DNA of 64,000 nt from Octopus vulgaris (GCA_951406725.2 OX597840.1:14446001-14510000); one strand, 5' to 3'; shown: positions 46,890 through 60,557, numbered from the stretch's first letter. Notes: a model not told the origin generated them from the letters alone. Numbers and translations: made by a program.

Positions 46890-49230
46890 TACAGATTCTG
46901 AGTCTGTTGATCTTTGTCTTTATCAGATTTCTCCTAATACTTTGTTCCTGAGTGGCTATAATTAGCACTTCAGTCTCTCATTCCAGATTTCTCTCTGTCA
47001 TCCGTGGTCAACATTCTGTATTTCCATCATCCTTGGTTTGTTTCATGAATTGGCCATAAAGTTCAATTTCCTTACCCCTGCTTTCTCTCTTCTTCTCTTC
47101 ATCAATTTTTCTCCTGTTTCCATAACTTTTTGGACATCATTAGCTACCAACAGTATTCTTTATTCACTCCTCACTCTATAATTTTTCAACCCCAATGTCA
47201 TGGTACTAATGGTGTCTTCTGCATTTAGTAACCCTATGCCACTTTTCTTTCTTGGTAGAATGAATCTGTTAGTATTAATTTTAGGGTGGTGTGCATTGTG
47301 AACAGCTTTCTAGTTCTTCCATCAAGATCTGTAGCTTTGTCCATTATAGAAAAGGAGCAGAGTATCTTAACACTGGCATAGTCCATGTATTTATAGCTTT
47401 AATGGTGTTCCCTCCATTTAAGTTTGTCTTGAGCATCTTCCTAATTCTCCTCTTGTACTCTTTAGAGATTTCTCTTTCCGTTACCCTATTGTCTTGCAGC
47501 ATTCCTAGCTTTTTGTGTCCCTCATTACTCCGGCAATTTAATGATATCATGATAATTTTGTACCACCAGAGTTTATCTTCTGATCTCCCTTCAGATGTAC
47601 ATATCCCAAATTAGTTTTATATACTTTCAGAATACTCTTGGATCAAAGAATCCAGGTCTTTCTCATTTTATTTTGTATATAGTTTGATGTCATCCATATA
47701 AAGCAGGTGGCTTATTTTCACCATGGTTTTGGTAAACTAATAGGCAGGCCTAGATTTTCTCAGCATACTTGTACAAGGGATTGATGCAAAGATGAAGAGT
47801 AGTGGAGAGAGGGAGTCTCCCAGAAAAACACCTGTGCATCTCTTCGTGTTTCCTAGGAATTCATTTGTGCATGTCAGCTCTACTTCCCACACACTCATCA
47901 CTTGTTCAAAAAAGTTTTTTTATCTTCTCATTGATTCCCAATGTCCCTAGACACTCCAAGAGCCAGCAGTGCAAAACATTGTCATAAGCCTTCCTATAAT
48001 CTACCCAAACCACAGCTAAATTCTTTTATTTATTCATGCCACATTTAGTATCCTACTATCAAGCAGATCATCAGTTCTTCATGACTTCTTGTCTGCTTCT
48101 TTTTTGCTAATCTGGCAACAAATTCTCCCTTCCCAGAAAGTTATATCTACTTCATCCGCTTCAAGGCCAATTAATAACTTCCAAAGTAATGATAAACATG
48201 GAATAAATCCACAGTTGCTAATTCTCTTCAGTGTATCAACACTTTAGTCATACATGCTGGCATTCCATTTCTTGGAAGACTTTTTGGCATCATCTGGTCC
48301 AAGAGCAGTTTGTTATTCTCTTAATCATTTCTTTCACTTTTTTATCCATAATTGTTTTATTTTCCTATTTCATTCCATCTTCCATTTCTCTTTAAAATTC
48401 CCATAATCAATCTGCATTTATATGATGTTGGACATGTTTGCTCCAGATTTCTACCCTCAGTTTTCTTGCCACTTCAGCATTTTGCATGATTCTCTTCCTT
48501 GTTGTTCAGTTGTTTATAGAATTTTCTTTCATTGTTCTTTAAAGAGTTTATTCTTATTTCTTTATTGCCCACAGGGGGCTAAACATAGAGGGGACAAACT
48601 AGGACAGACAAAGGGATTAAATCGATTAGATCGACCCCAGTGCGTAACTGGTATTTAATTTATTGACTCCGAAAGGATGAAAGGCAAAGTCGACTCATAA
48701 TGTAACAGCAGACGAAATACCGCAAAGTATTTCGCCCAGTGTGCTAACGTTTCTGCCTGCTCGCAGCCTTCTTTGAAGAGTCTTTTCTGCTGGTACTGAT
48801 TTGTTATCTATTGGTACACGTGTGTGTGTGTTTGTTTACCTGACACTTCTTTGACATTTTTGCCTTAGCTCTTATTTATCTACCTGCAGTCCTTTGCGTT
48901 TCATGTACTTCCTTTATAGTTCATCCCCATGTCTTTCCTTCACCCTCTTCGTTTCTATGATTGCCTGTATCCATTCAAGATCTCTCTTGAGCTGTTCAAT
49001 CTGGTTCTCATCTCATGTATTCACTCCCACCGTGGGACTTTTTCCTTTGTTTTTCTTTGTCTTTCAATCCCCCAAATTTGCACATTGACAGAAGCTTTGC
49101 GGTATATAAGGTCGTGTATCTTCTATCTAGATTTTCTTGACAGTTCAACCATCTTTTTTACTATTTAGTTTTTCTTTTCCAATTCCTTTCAGGAGTGACA
49201 GTCTCTTGTTTTCACTATTTCATGTCTCAT
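46890..49230 (-). pseudogene. Decayed R4/Dong-like reverse transcriptase, interrupted by a SINE at ~48555-48765
   Basis: Minus frames LAVVWVDYRKAYDNV, HLLYMDDIKLY, LNGGNTIKAINTWTMPVLRYS. Confidence 0.8.
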
Positions 49231-49309
49231 ATATAAGGATAAGATCGTTATTTAAATACCGATCTTATCAGGGAATAAAAACCTTCAAAGGTAATAATTA
49301 TTATTAAAA

Positions 49310-49541
49310 TTATAATTTAGGGTATCTAAGAGATACCATCATACTGGAAATAGCAGCCAAAACTTGACTCTAAAACCACATTAAATGTTCATACAGCACC
49401 TGGAGAGAAGACAAAGAGACAAAATAAACTAGCAAAAAAATTACTGGATAATTCCAGATCCCGGATTTCTGACTCTGCATAAGAAATGCTCTGCCTTCAT
49501 CAGTGGAATATACTCAGGTAGCACATAGATACAAATATATA

Positions 49542-49585
<44 letters not shown>

Positions 49586-49842
49586 CAACATATGAATACT
49601 AACATATATGAACGTATACATACATATATATGCATGTATGCACATGACCAGTTTAAATTTAAACTCTACTTATGTAGGAGCTAGAAATCCAGGATCTGGA
49701 ATTATCCAGTAATTTTTTTGCTAGCTTTTTTGTCTCTTTCTCTTCTCTCCTGGTGCTGTATGAACATTTAATGTGGTTTTAGAGTCAAGTTTTGGCTTCT
49801 ATTTACAGCATGTTGGTATGTCTTAGATACCCTAAATTATAA
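49310..49842. mobile_element. Fold-back element with ~175-bp imperfect arms and a hammerhead
   Basis: 49310-49483 is mirrored by 49669-49842; the spacer contains (TA)n. Confidence 0.75.
49452..49508 (-). ncRNA. Type I hammerhead ribozyme-like motif
   Basis: Minus: TTCCA-CTGATGA-AGGC...GTCA-GAAA-TCC(g)GGA-TC-TGGAA. Confidence 0.7.
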
Positions 49843-49856
49843 GTTTATATACATAC

Positions 49857-49894
<38 letters not shown>

Positions 49895-49896
<2 letters not shown>

Positions 49897-50100
49897 CTAT
49901 ACAATATGTTACATTACTCGGTAGTCAAGATAAAACTCTGAGTTTCAGATGCCGAAGTGGAAATCCACAACACCATCTCTTCGGTTATCTCTTCAGTTAT
50001 AGCCAGATAACCGAAGAGATGGTGTTGTGGATTTCCACTTCGGCATCTGAAACTCAGAGTTTTATCTTGACTACCGAGTAATGTAACATATTGTATAGAT
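49895..50100. repeat. Perfect 96-bp inverted repeat with 14-bp spacer
   Basis: 49895-49990 is the exact reverse complement of 50005-50100 as read by eye; lies between (TA)n tracts. Confidence 0.92.
50005..50067 (+). ncRNA. Hammerhead-like motif, U4C core variant (mirror copy at 49928-49990, minus strand)
   Basis: AGATAA-CCGAAGA-GATG...CATC-T-GAAA-CTC(a)GAG-TT-TTATCT. Confidence 0.65.
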
Positions 50101-50165
50101 AAATTTCCTCTATTTACATAATATTGAGGTCTCTTTCTTTCTTTTGTTATCTTACCGTTTTATCA

Positions 50166-50220
<55 letters not shown>

Positions 50221-50445
50221 GTAAACAGCATCTACAAATAATTAGCTAAATGCTTGTGTTTGCAAACAAAATAGGAAAAAGATTCAATAGACAAAGGCTG
50301 AAGTTATAGTTTTTATGGTGGGAATCTAGAACTTCACATGTTTCACTTAATACTTTTATGTCCCTCATCTCACCATCAATACATACATGCATACATACAT
50401 ACATATATGCATGCATACATGCACATACATATATACATACATGCA

Positions 50446-50478
<33 letters not shown>

Positions 50479-50523
50479 GCATACATACATACATACATAC
50501 ATATATGCATGCATACATGCACA

Positions 50524-50556
<33 letters not shown>

Positions 50557-50561
50557 GCATG

Positions 50562-50592
<31 letters not shown>

Positions 50593-51416
50593 GCATGCAT
50601 ACATACATACATACATATATATGTATATGTACATACACACACACATACTCTCATATGAATACGCATATAAACTTCAAACATGTATAGAAATATATTTACG
50701 CACACACACACACACACACATCCAAACACTCAAGCGCACAAACATGTCCCCCCACCACACACACACACACAGCATACCGGTTATTGGTATCTAATCAAAG
50801 ACTCTGACCATGTTGTTGCTGTTCTTCTAATCTAACTGATACCATTATCTTTGACCACAGCATTAGAACCTAATTTTATAAGACTGCTTCTTTTATGATT
50901 TCGGTAAAATGCCAACTAGCACTTGTACACGGACAAACCGTTCTGCGCCCTAACCCTTCCTTTTACCCTTAACGAGCGCCAATTCCAACATTATTTCTCA
51001 AGTTCAAATACAATTTTGTTTATATCTAATGTTTTTTATAGAGTTATCCACAGAGTGATTATTTATATTGGTGTGTGTGTGTATATATATATGTGTATAT
51101 ATATATATGATATATGTATATATATGATATATATATATATGATATATGTATATATGATATATGAATATATATGATATATGATATATATATATATATTTAT
51201 ATATGTATATATGATATATGTATGTATATATATATGATATATGTATATATGATATATGTATGTATATATATATGATATATATATAATATATATATGGTGT
51301 ATATACATATAAACACACACATATATCAGATTGGAGCCTGGTGCAGCTGCTGGCTTTCCAGACTTGGTCAAACTGTCCAACCCATGCCACACTCACACAC
51401 ACTTGCCCTCACTCTC

Positions 51417-51472
<56 letters not shown>

Positions 51473-51719
51473 ACACACACACACACACATGTATTTACAT
51501 CAACTGGTTTCCGTAATGTAACTGCAGCTCATCTGAGCCTTCATCTTTGAAAATGTTTTAAGTTGATTCCAGTCGTGTCTGACTCTTATTTCCTTAACCT
51601 TGGACAAGGGGCCTGATGCAAGAACGATTTCAACCAAATATAAGGAAGAACATAGTTGAGTGAGAGTGTGTGTGTGTGGAGTACTGGAATATAATCTTTT
51701 GCTTTCTGTTATATATGTG

Positions 51720-52470
51720 TGTGTGGTAAGAAGCTTGCTTCCCAACTACATGGTTCTGGGTTGTCCTACTGCGTGGCACCTACTATAGCCTCAGGCTGAC
51801 CAAAGCCTTGTGAGTGAATTTAGTAGAGAGAAACTGAAAGAAGCCTTTCGTGTGTGTGTGTGTTTGGCCCCCCCTCCCATCGCTTGACAACCTCTGTTTA
51901 CATCCCTGTAACCTAGCTGTTCAGCAAAAGGGACTGATAGAATAAGTACTAGGCTTACAAAGAATAAGTCCTGGGGTCGATTTGTTCAACTAAAGGTGAT
52001 GCTCCAGCATGGCCGCAGTCAAATGACTGAAACCAGTAAAGGAGTGAAAGAGTATATATGTGTGTGTGTGTGTGTGTGCATAGGTGTAGCTATGGCTGTG
52101 AGGTAAGAAGCTTGCTTTCTAAACCACATGGTTCCAGGTTCAGTCTCACTGCATGGAATCTTAGGCAAGAGTCTTCTACTCTAGCCTCAGGCTGACCAAA
52201 GCCTTGTGAGTGGATTTTATAGATGGAAACTGAAAGAAGCCTATCATATATATATATATGTATGCGTGTGTGCATTTTTGTGTCTGTTCATCCCCTGCCA
52301 CAACAAGACAACCAGTGCTGGTGTGTTTACATCCCCATCCCCCAGTGGCTCAGCAGAAGAGACTATTAGCATAAGTACTAAGCTTAAAATAATAAGTCCT
52401 GGTGTCGATTTGTTAGACTAAAACCCTTCAACACAGTATCACAGCATGGTCGCAGTCAAAGGACTAAAAC
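51720..52470 (+). mobile_element. Two tandem tRNA SINE copies
   Basis: Same family as 24033-24425. Confidence 0.8.
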
Positions 52471-52793
52471 AAGGGACAAATAAAACACACACACACACAC
52501 GTAAAATCAATTAAAACAGTGCAGTTACCTTGCAATGAGGAGTGGAAAATCCAACGTTTCAGATAAAGTTCTTTTTCAGTCGGAAAGTCAGAAGGAGTGA
52601 AATGAAAGAAATAAAGAAGAGTTTTAAATAATTTAAGTTTAAATAAAATGGTTGCAACTGATAAGGCCAAGACAGAAAGTTCCAATGGCTGCAGACACAG
52701 AAATCTTTTGTTTTAAATTAAATTTGAATATTGCAAGCAATATGGTATAAGCCAAGAAAGATGGGAAAAGATAGCAAAGATAACTATTCATAG

Positions 52794-53349
52794 TATTGGG
52801 TTGTCTGGAAAGTTTGTGCCAATTTATAGTAGCTTACCTTTTGACTTATTTCAGAACATGGTTGACTCCATAAAATAGGATTTGACTACACCTCCATTTA
52901 GAGCACAGTTTAAGCTATCTTTTCATGGAAGAAGGTTTATGTTCCTATAACCTGTGTTAATTCTGTAACCCTTTAAAATGGAAGATAAGAAAGTGCATTT
53001 TCGGCACTTGATGCTTTGGGAACCAGACAAAAATTGCTGCAGCTCGGCTGGGATGTGTTACCCCACCCTCCATATTCACCAGATATTGCTCCTTTGGATT
53101 TCCACTTATTCAGGTCTCTGCAGAATAGTCTTAATGGCAAAAATTTCAATAAAAAGATACCTTGATGAATTCTTTGCCATGAAACCACCTCAGTTTTGGG
53201 AAGAGGGTATTTTCAAGTTAAAGGAAAGATGGAGACGCATTGTGCAACAAAATGGTTCATATTTGGTTGATTAAAAATGTAATGGCATGTATTTATTGAC
53301 CTTTTTCTTTCCTTTAAAAATTGGCATGAACTTTCTGGACAACCCAATA
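52794..53349 (+). mobile_element. Internally deleted mariner with both TIRs and TA target duplication
   Basis: TA-TTGGGTTGTCTGGAAAGTTTGTGCCAATTT...AAATTGGCATGAACTTTCTGGACAACCCAA-TA. Peptides [39 protein letters not shown]. Confidence 0.9.
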
Positions 53350-53432
53350 TTAAGACACTTAAGATTAGGCACAGCAAAAGAGATAGTTTAGAGAATTTAG
53401 ACAGTAAATATGATCAGACATTATACATGAAT

Positions 53433-53476
<44 letters not shown>

Positions 53477-53492
53477 TGGTGTATATATTTGT

Positions 53493-53860
53493 GGAGGTGC
53501 AATGGCCCAGTGGTTTGGGCAGCGGACTCGTGGTCATAGGATCACGGTTTCGATTTCCAGACCAGGCATTGTGAGTGTTTATTGAGTGAAAACACCTAAA
53601 GCTCCACGAGGCTCCAGCACGGGGTGATGGTGATCCCTGCTGTACTCTTTCACCACAACTTTCTCTCACTTTTTCTTCCTGTCTCTGTTGTACCTGTATT
53701 TCAGAGGACCAGCCTTGTCACGCTGAATCTCCCCAAGAACTACGTTAAGGGTACACATGTCTGTTGAGTGCTCAGCCGCTTGTACGTTAATTTCATGAAC
53801 AAGCTGTTCCATTGATTGGATCAACTGTAACCCTCATTGTTGTAACTGATGGAGTGCCAC
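53493..53860 (+). mobile_element. tRNA-derived CORE-like SINE
   Basis: GGAGGTGCAATGGCCCAGTGG...GTTTCGATTTCC head. Confidence 0.8.
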
Positions 53861-55009
53861 TATATATATATATATATATATATATAAAGAGAGAGAAAGA
53901 TGCTGGCAAGAGTGATGTTTTTTTTTTATTTATTGATCCTAAAATATGAAGAACAAAACTTACCTTGGTGAAATTTGAACTCAGAGCACAGACAGCAAGC
54001 CAATCTAACTGATGCAACTTGGTTAGTGTGTGTGTGTGTGTGTGTGTCTGTGTGTATGTTTATTGTAAGTTGGCAGAGGGTGAGAGAGATAATGAAACAC
54101 TAAATTATTTAGATTTACTATATTGTGGAGAAGACACAGCCAACCCCTGGGCGGTTGTGGTGTTGGTGGTGGTGGTGGCAGCGGTTGTGACTGTACTGGC
54201 AGTGATGGGGATGGGCACAGAGGTGCTGCTGCTCCTGATGATGATGATGATGGTGTTTTTATCCTGTTGTATGTTTATGACTTTACATGTAAAAACCAAC
54301 AAAATTAATCAATACATACTCGTTGGAAAGTATGTAGAGACAATACTGTACATACACACAGTCACACACATACACATGTATATACATATAAATATACGTA
54401 AATATGTATATATGTGTGTGTTTACGTATAAGATAATCTAAACATGTTTTTGTACTACAAAATATAAAAATGTGTATATATATATATATATCCCTGCATG
54501 CATACATACATACAAACATACATACATAGAGATAGATAGATAAACTGATACACTCACACGGACAAATATTTCCACACACACACATATTTATATATATATG
54601 TGTGTTTGTAAGTCATGTTTTAGTTTAATTAGCTTACAATATAGCTTTCTCATAAAATCATGTTTTTTGAGTGATCAAACAACTCGGAATATCTATTAAC
54701 TGCTGGGATTTATTTGTTTTTCCTCATTTTAAGTTGTTCTGTTTGTATTGTTTTACAACCTGTGTAGCCAGTATCAGAACCAATGGAAATGAAATTCTTG
54801 TCTTATCTCAATGAGTCACCACTGAGCTTTCGGTCACACACGTGGCTATCCTCAGGGGGAAATTTTTGATTAAACACTATAACACTATGTCAATAAATGC
54901 AAACATAGAAATATGGGACAACTACCCACTGGCTTGGGCAGTAAAATACCCATTGGTTTGTGCAGTAAAACACCCACTGCATTGGGCAGTAAAATTTCAT
55001 TTCAACATG

Positions 55010-55230
55010 TATGAAGGGTGCCAAAAAGTTACTGGCTTTGGGTAACAGAGAATAAAGGAAGATCGGTTAATTATGACTTTACTCAACAAATTCCCCTCTC
55101 AGATTCACACACTTATTGCAGTGGTCCTTCAGTTGTTTTAAGCCCTGTAAAAGAAATTGGAAGGTTGGGCCTCCAGCCAAGCCTTTCGTGATACCCTTAG
55201 AGACAGGAACTTTTCAGTAAACCATCACAT
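55010..55230. mobile_element. Mariner-derived MITE (decayed)
   Basis: Imperfect TIRs TATGAAGGGTGCCAAAAAGTTACTGGCTTT / AGACAGGAACTTTTCAGTAAACCATCACA. Confidence 0.45.
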
Positions 55231-55640
55231 GTAGCTTCATTGAAACTCCTGCAACTCAGACACTTTTTGTCTCTTTTTCTTCCAGTTAAATTCTATTATA
55301 GTTTATATATCCATACAGATGTACAAACATTCTGTATATATATATATATATCTTTCTGTATATCCATCTGTCTATACCTGTTTATCTACATAACTATCTA
55401 ACTCTACTGTGTAGTAAGAAGCTTGCTCCTCGGCCACATAGTGCAGTATCCAGTTCCACTCTGTGGTACATTGAGCAAGTGTCTTCTACTAAATCCTTGG
55501 GCCGACCAAAGCCTTGTGAGTGGATTTGGTAGAGAGAAACTGGAAGAATTCCATCATATATACAATGTGTGTGTGTATGTCTGCAGGTATACATATATAT
55601 ATATATGCATATGCGCATATACATATGTATGTATGTATGT

Positions 55641-55692
<52 letters not shown>

Positions 55693-55879
55693 GCATACAT
55701 ACATATATTTTTAATTTACAAGGAAAGATCCTGAAGAACAGTTACCAGGGTAGCCAAATGTCACATAAGCACCTAAGAAAGTAACCACACTTGCATGGGT
55801 GATGATTTCAATGAGAAGTGAGACATGATTTGGAGAGTAAGGGAAAATGGAGACAAATGCACAAGATGTAATTCAAATC

Positions 55880-56785
55880 ATCATCATCATCGTTTAGCGT
55901 CCACTTTCCATGCTAGCATGGGTTGGACGGTTCAACTGGGGTCTGGGAAGCCAGGAGGCTGCACCAGGCCCAGTCAGATCTGGCAGTGTTTCTACAGCTT
56001 GATGCCCTTCCTAATGCCAACCACTCCGTGAGTGTAGTGGGTGCTTTTTACGTGCCACCTGCACAGGTGCCAGACGAGGCTGGCAAATGGCCACTATTGG
56101 ATTGGTGCTTTTTACATGCCACCGGTACGGGTGCCAGATGAGGCTGGCGAACGGCCACGCTCAGATGGTGCTTTTTATGTGCCACCGGCACAGAGGCCAG
56201 GCGAGGCTGGCAACGGCCACGATTGAATGGTGTTTGTTACATGCCACCGGCACAGAGGCCAGTCGATGCGGCGCTGGCTACGGCCACATTCAGATGGTTC
56301 TCTTATGTGCCACCGGCACTGGTATCACAGCTACAATTTCCATTGATGTTAATCGATTTCGATTTTGATTTTATATATCATTTATATCAATCATTATAAA
56401 TGATTTGAATAACATCATGTGCATTTGTCTCCATTTTCCATTACTGTTATGTATACATATATCATCATCATCATTATCGTTTAACGTCTGTTTTCCATGC
56501 TGGCATGGGTTGGACGGTTTGACTGAGGTCTAGAGGACCAGCAGCTGCACCAACCACCATTAGGATCTGGCAATATTTCTACAGCTGAATGCCTTTCCTC
56601 ATGCTAACCAATCCGAAAGTGTAGTGGGTGCTATTTACATTCCACCGGCATGGGAGCCAGTCAGGCGGCCCTGGCATCAATCACGTTCGGATAGTGCTTT
56701 TAACATGCCACCAGCACGGGAGCCAGTTAGGTGGACCTAGCATTGACAACGTTCAGATGGTGCTTTTTACATGCCACTGGCACAT
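55880..56785 (-). mobile_element. Two RTE-type 3' UTR repeats
   Basis: Each begins with (CAT)n CGTTTA(G/A)CGTC and matches the 4655 copy. Confidence 0.8.
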
Positions 56786-57021
56786 AAGTGTGTGTGTGTG
56801 TGTCTGTGTGTCTGTGTTTGTCCCCCACCACCACCACTTGACAACCAGTGCTAGTTTGTTTACATCTCCGTAACCTAGTGGTTTGACAATAGGAAACTGA
56901 TAGAGTAAGTACCAGGCATAAAAAAATAAGTTCTGGGATTGATTCATTTGACTAAAATTTCTCCAAGGTGGTGCCCCAGCATGGCCACAATCAAATGATT
57001 GAAACAAGTAAAGGATAAACA

Positions 57022-57052
<31 letters not shown>

Positions 57053-57071
57053 CATACATACATACATACAT

Positions 57072-57153
<82 letters not shown>

Positions 57154-57551
57154 GTTGATAGCTGGATAATCATTGAATTTACATTACTACTTATAGTTTC
57201 ACCCTTTGATGGTTTATGGATGATATCTTTTGATTCCCTTCTACAAATATTGATTGTCAAAATCAGAATCATAATAAAACTATAACTCCTGTTTAAAGTT
57301 TAAATTGAAGTGTTCCTTTGGTTTGTGTGGTGTGAATGTGTATGTATATAAGTGTGTGTGAGTGTGTGTGTATGTAATATATATATATGTGCATATATTA
57401 TGTATACATATATGTGTGTGTATGTGTATTATATCTTCATATATATATAATGTATTTATATCTATACACACACACGCGCATATATATTCACATGATATAT
57501 ATATGTGTGTATATATAAATGTGGAAGTATATATATAAATACATACATATA

Positions 57552-58690
57552 TACAGGGTGCATAAGATATTTGTGGACAGATTTATGTTTTTTTTTTAAA
57601 AAAAAACAGATATATAAATAACACATAATAACTTTATTTATCAAAAAATGTTATGAGGATAAAAATAAACCTTTTTTTCTATAATGTTATTCAATAAAGC
57701 CACCTTCAGCTTCAACAACTGCTTCTATATGAGATCTAAATCATCTACATGCTCAAATCAAGTGGTCTTGGTTCATTTTGGACATTACTCTGAGTATGGC
57801 AGCTTTCAAAGAATCTTTGTTGTTATGGGCCTCTTCATTGACCTCTCAATAATGCCCCACAAGTCCAATGGATTGAGATCTGGGGAATTAGGAGGTCAAA
57901 TGTTAGAGGTTATATGATCATTAAAATTTTCAGCCATCCATTCCTGTGTTACTAGAGCCATGTGTCATAGTGTAGAGTTTTACTGAAACTCATATGGTCT
58001 TTCATTGCATACATTATCTATTCAGGGCTTAACAATTATTCCCAGCACCTCAACATAGTTGGCAGGGTTAACTGTAAGGCCTTGTGTAAAGAAGTAAGGA
58101 GGCATCACATGTCATTCATTGCTGACAATCCTTAAAACCATGACAGTTGCACAAAATTCTGTATGCATAACACTTGGAACTTCAGAAGGGTCTGTACATA
58201 ACCATCTGTCATTTCTTTAGTTAACTTTTTAATCTTGGTCAAAGTTTTTCTCATTTGAGAAAATCCAAATCAAATCATCTTTTGCTGGATTTTTCAGTTT
58301 GTTTAAGAGCTTTTGAAATCTGATGTAGTGATATTCTTTTGCTTTTTCTGATGAATTGACCTTACCTCATCATATAAGATTTATATCTGATGTCTTTGTG
58401 GACAGCATTTCTGACTGTTCCTTCTGATACATTGAGAACTTTTGCAATTGACCTCATGGACTTTCTGGGATTGTAATCAAAGGTCTGTTGAACTTGCTAG
58501 ATGAATTCAGGTGTTCTGATGATTCCAGAGCATTTAGAATGCTTTTATACTTTGATACTGGTGATACATTTCCATCTTCAGTCTCTAGCTCCATACAAAC
58601 TTTGTATGCTCAGCCTTTATTACCATAATAACAGCTTGTCTCTTCATTTCTTGAGTAAGATGAGTGTCTGCCATTATTATTTTCTGAAAC
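57552..58690 (-). pseudogene. Second copy of the maT-like transposon, inverted relative to 21128-22345
   Basis: ORF 57684-57917 is nearly identical to ORF 22022-22255; TIR TACAGGGTGCATAAGATATTTG. Confidence 0.85.
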
Positions 58691-58837
58691 AAAGTTATAT
58701 ATATATATTGCTCTTTTTCAGGATGGTCATTTTATTTATTTATCTATTTTGTTTTCCCCAAATAAACACATACACTATACTTGTAATTTTTTTCTCCACT
58801 CGTTTATTACTGTTACTTTATTATTTTAATGCCTGTT

Positions 58838-58885
58838 CATCGTCCGGAAATCTTTCATCACACATCTGTGACCTCTTCAGCGACA
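58838..58885 (-). ncRNA. Hammerhead-like motif within an imperfect fold-back (~58715-59170)
   Basis: Minus: TGTCG-CTGAAGA-G-GTCAC(agatgt)GTGAT-GAAA-GATTT...CGATG; stem III/cleavage site unclear. Confidence 0.45.
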
Positions 58886-59255
58886 CTTTTCATTTTCGTG
58901 TGTGTTCTTGCTCCACTCACTCCATTCTGTTCCTCTAATATGTGTATCCTTATGTGTACATGCAATTGTATCATTGCGTGTGTGTGTCTTATAGTTTTTA
59001 GCAGTAGCACAATGGGGTGAGAGGTTGGGGGTGTAGGGAAGTCCAATCTGCTGCTAAAAACTATGACACACACACAGGCACAGTAATAAACGAGTGAAGA
59101 AAGCAAAATATAGTGCGTGTGTTTATTTGGCAAAAAAACAAATAAATAAATAAAAAAATATAATCACCATCTCAAAATAGAACAATATCTGTTTCAACAT
59201 GCAATTTCACATCAGGAGTTTTGCAAAATGAATTGATAAATGTGTATATATATAT

Positions 59256-60082
59256 AATGGAAATATTAAAATTACTAAGTCTCTCTAAAAGAGAACAACG
59301 GCAGCGTTCCCGGAAAATAATAGTTATCGCCATACTAATATGGCATTCTTATAAAAATAAGAAAAAAGCTGTCCGCTTATTAGCTCCATGAGGCCATCGC
59401 CTTAAGTTAGCTATTTGATACACAAACTGTATCCATATAACCTTCGAACAAGGGAGGTCAGTCGCTCCACACTACTTGGCCGGCAGCTACAGACGCGTTT
59501 CGGGGTATTGCCCCTTTTCAATGCAGCGTAGCCAGACCAGTAGGTGTCGCTTCTGACAATCTCTGTTCAAAGGTTTTATTTACCTAGCTTCGGTGGAATA
59601 CATCCACTTGTTTTCAATAATAGAAATATTAAAATTACTAAGTCTCTCTAAAAGAGAACAACGGCAGCGTTCCTGGAAAATATTAGTTATCGCCATACTA
59701 ATATGGCATTCTTATAAAAATAAGAATAAAGCTGTCCGCTTATTAGCTCCATGAGGCCATAGCCTTAAGTTAGCTATTTGATACACAAACTGTATCCATA
59801 TAACCTTCGAACAAGGGAGGTCAGTCGCTCCACACTACTTGGCCGGCAGCTACAGACGCATTTCGGGGTATTGCCCCTTTTCAATGCAGCGTACCCCGAA
59901 ACGCGTCTGTAGCTGCCGGCCAAGTAGTGTGGAGCGACTGACCTCCCTTGTTCGAAGGTTATATGGATACAGTTTGTGTATCAAATAGCTAACTTAAGGT
60001 GATGGCCTCATGGAGCTAATAAGCGGACAGCTTTATTCTTATTTTTATAAGAATGCCATATTAGTATGGTGATAACTAATAT
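59256..60082. mobile_element. Tandem 363-bp direct repeat plus 191-bp inverted copy (Penelope-like pLTR architecture), TA-flanked
   Basis: Units start at ~59256 and ~59619; 59680-59870 is mirrored by 59892-60082. Confidence 0.85.
59487..59526 (-). ncRNA. Minimal hammerhead, U3:A8 variant (second copy 59850-59889)
   Basis: Minus: CTGCA-TTGAAAA-GGGG(caata)CCCC-GAAA-CGCG-TC-TGTAG; palindromic stem III ACGCGT, GUC triplet. Confidence 0.75.
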
Positions 60083-60139
60083 ATATATATATATATATAT
60101 ACAACTAAAAATAAGGGTGTCTGAGACATATATATATAT

Positions 60140-60512
60140 ATTCTTTCTTTTATTTGTTTCAGTCATTTAACTGCAGCCATGCTGGAGCACCACCTTTAGT
60201 CAAACAAATCGACCCCTGGACTTAAGCTTTGTAAGCCTAGTACTTGTTCTATCGGTCTCTTTTGCCGAACTGCTAAGTTACGGGAATGTGAACACACCAA
60301 TATCTGTTGTCAACCGATGATTGGGGGACAAACACAGACACACACACACACACACACATACATATATATATATGATGGGCTTTTTTTAGTTTCTGTCTAC
60401 TGGCCCGAGACTACAATAGAAGACACTTGCCCAAGGTGCCACACAGTGGGACTGAACCCGGAACCATGTGGTTGGTAAACAAGCTACTTACCACACAGCC
60501 ACTCCTGCACCT
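60140..60512 (-). mobile_element. tRNA SINE
   Basis: Same family as 24033-24425. Confidence 0.85.

Positions 60513-60557
<45 letters not shown>

Noticed and set aside
51495-51545. Hammerhead-like CAGATGA...GAAA on minus strand
   Set aside because: Core mismatch plus weak stems.
54925-54995. Three copies of a 24-bp repeat
   Set aside because: Short ordinary tandem duplication with no further signal.
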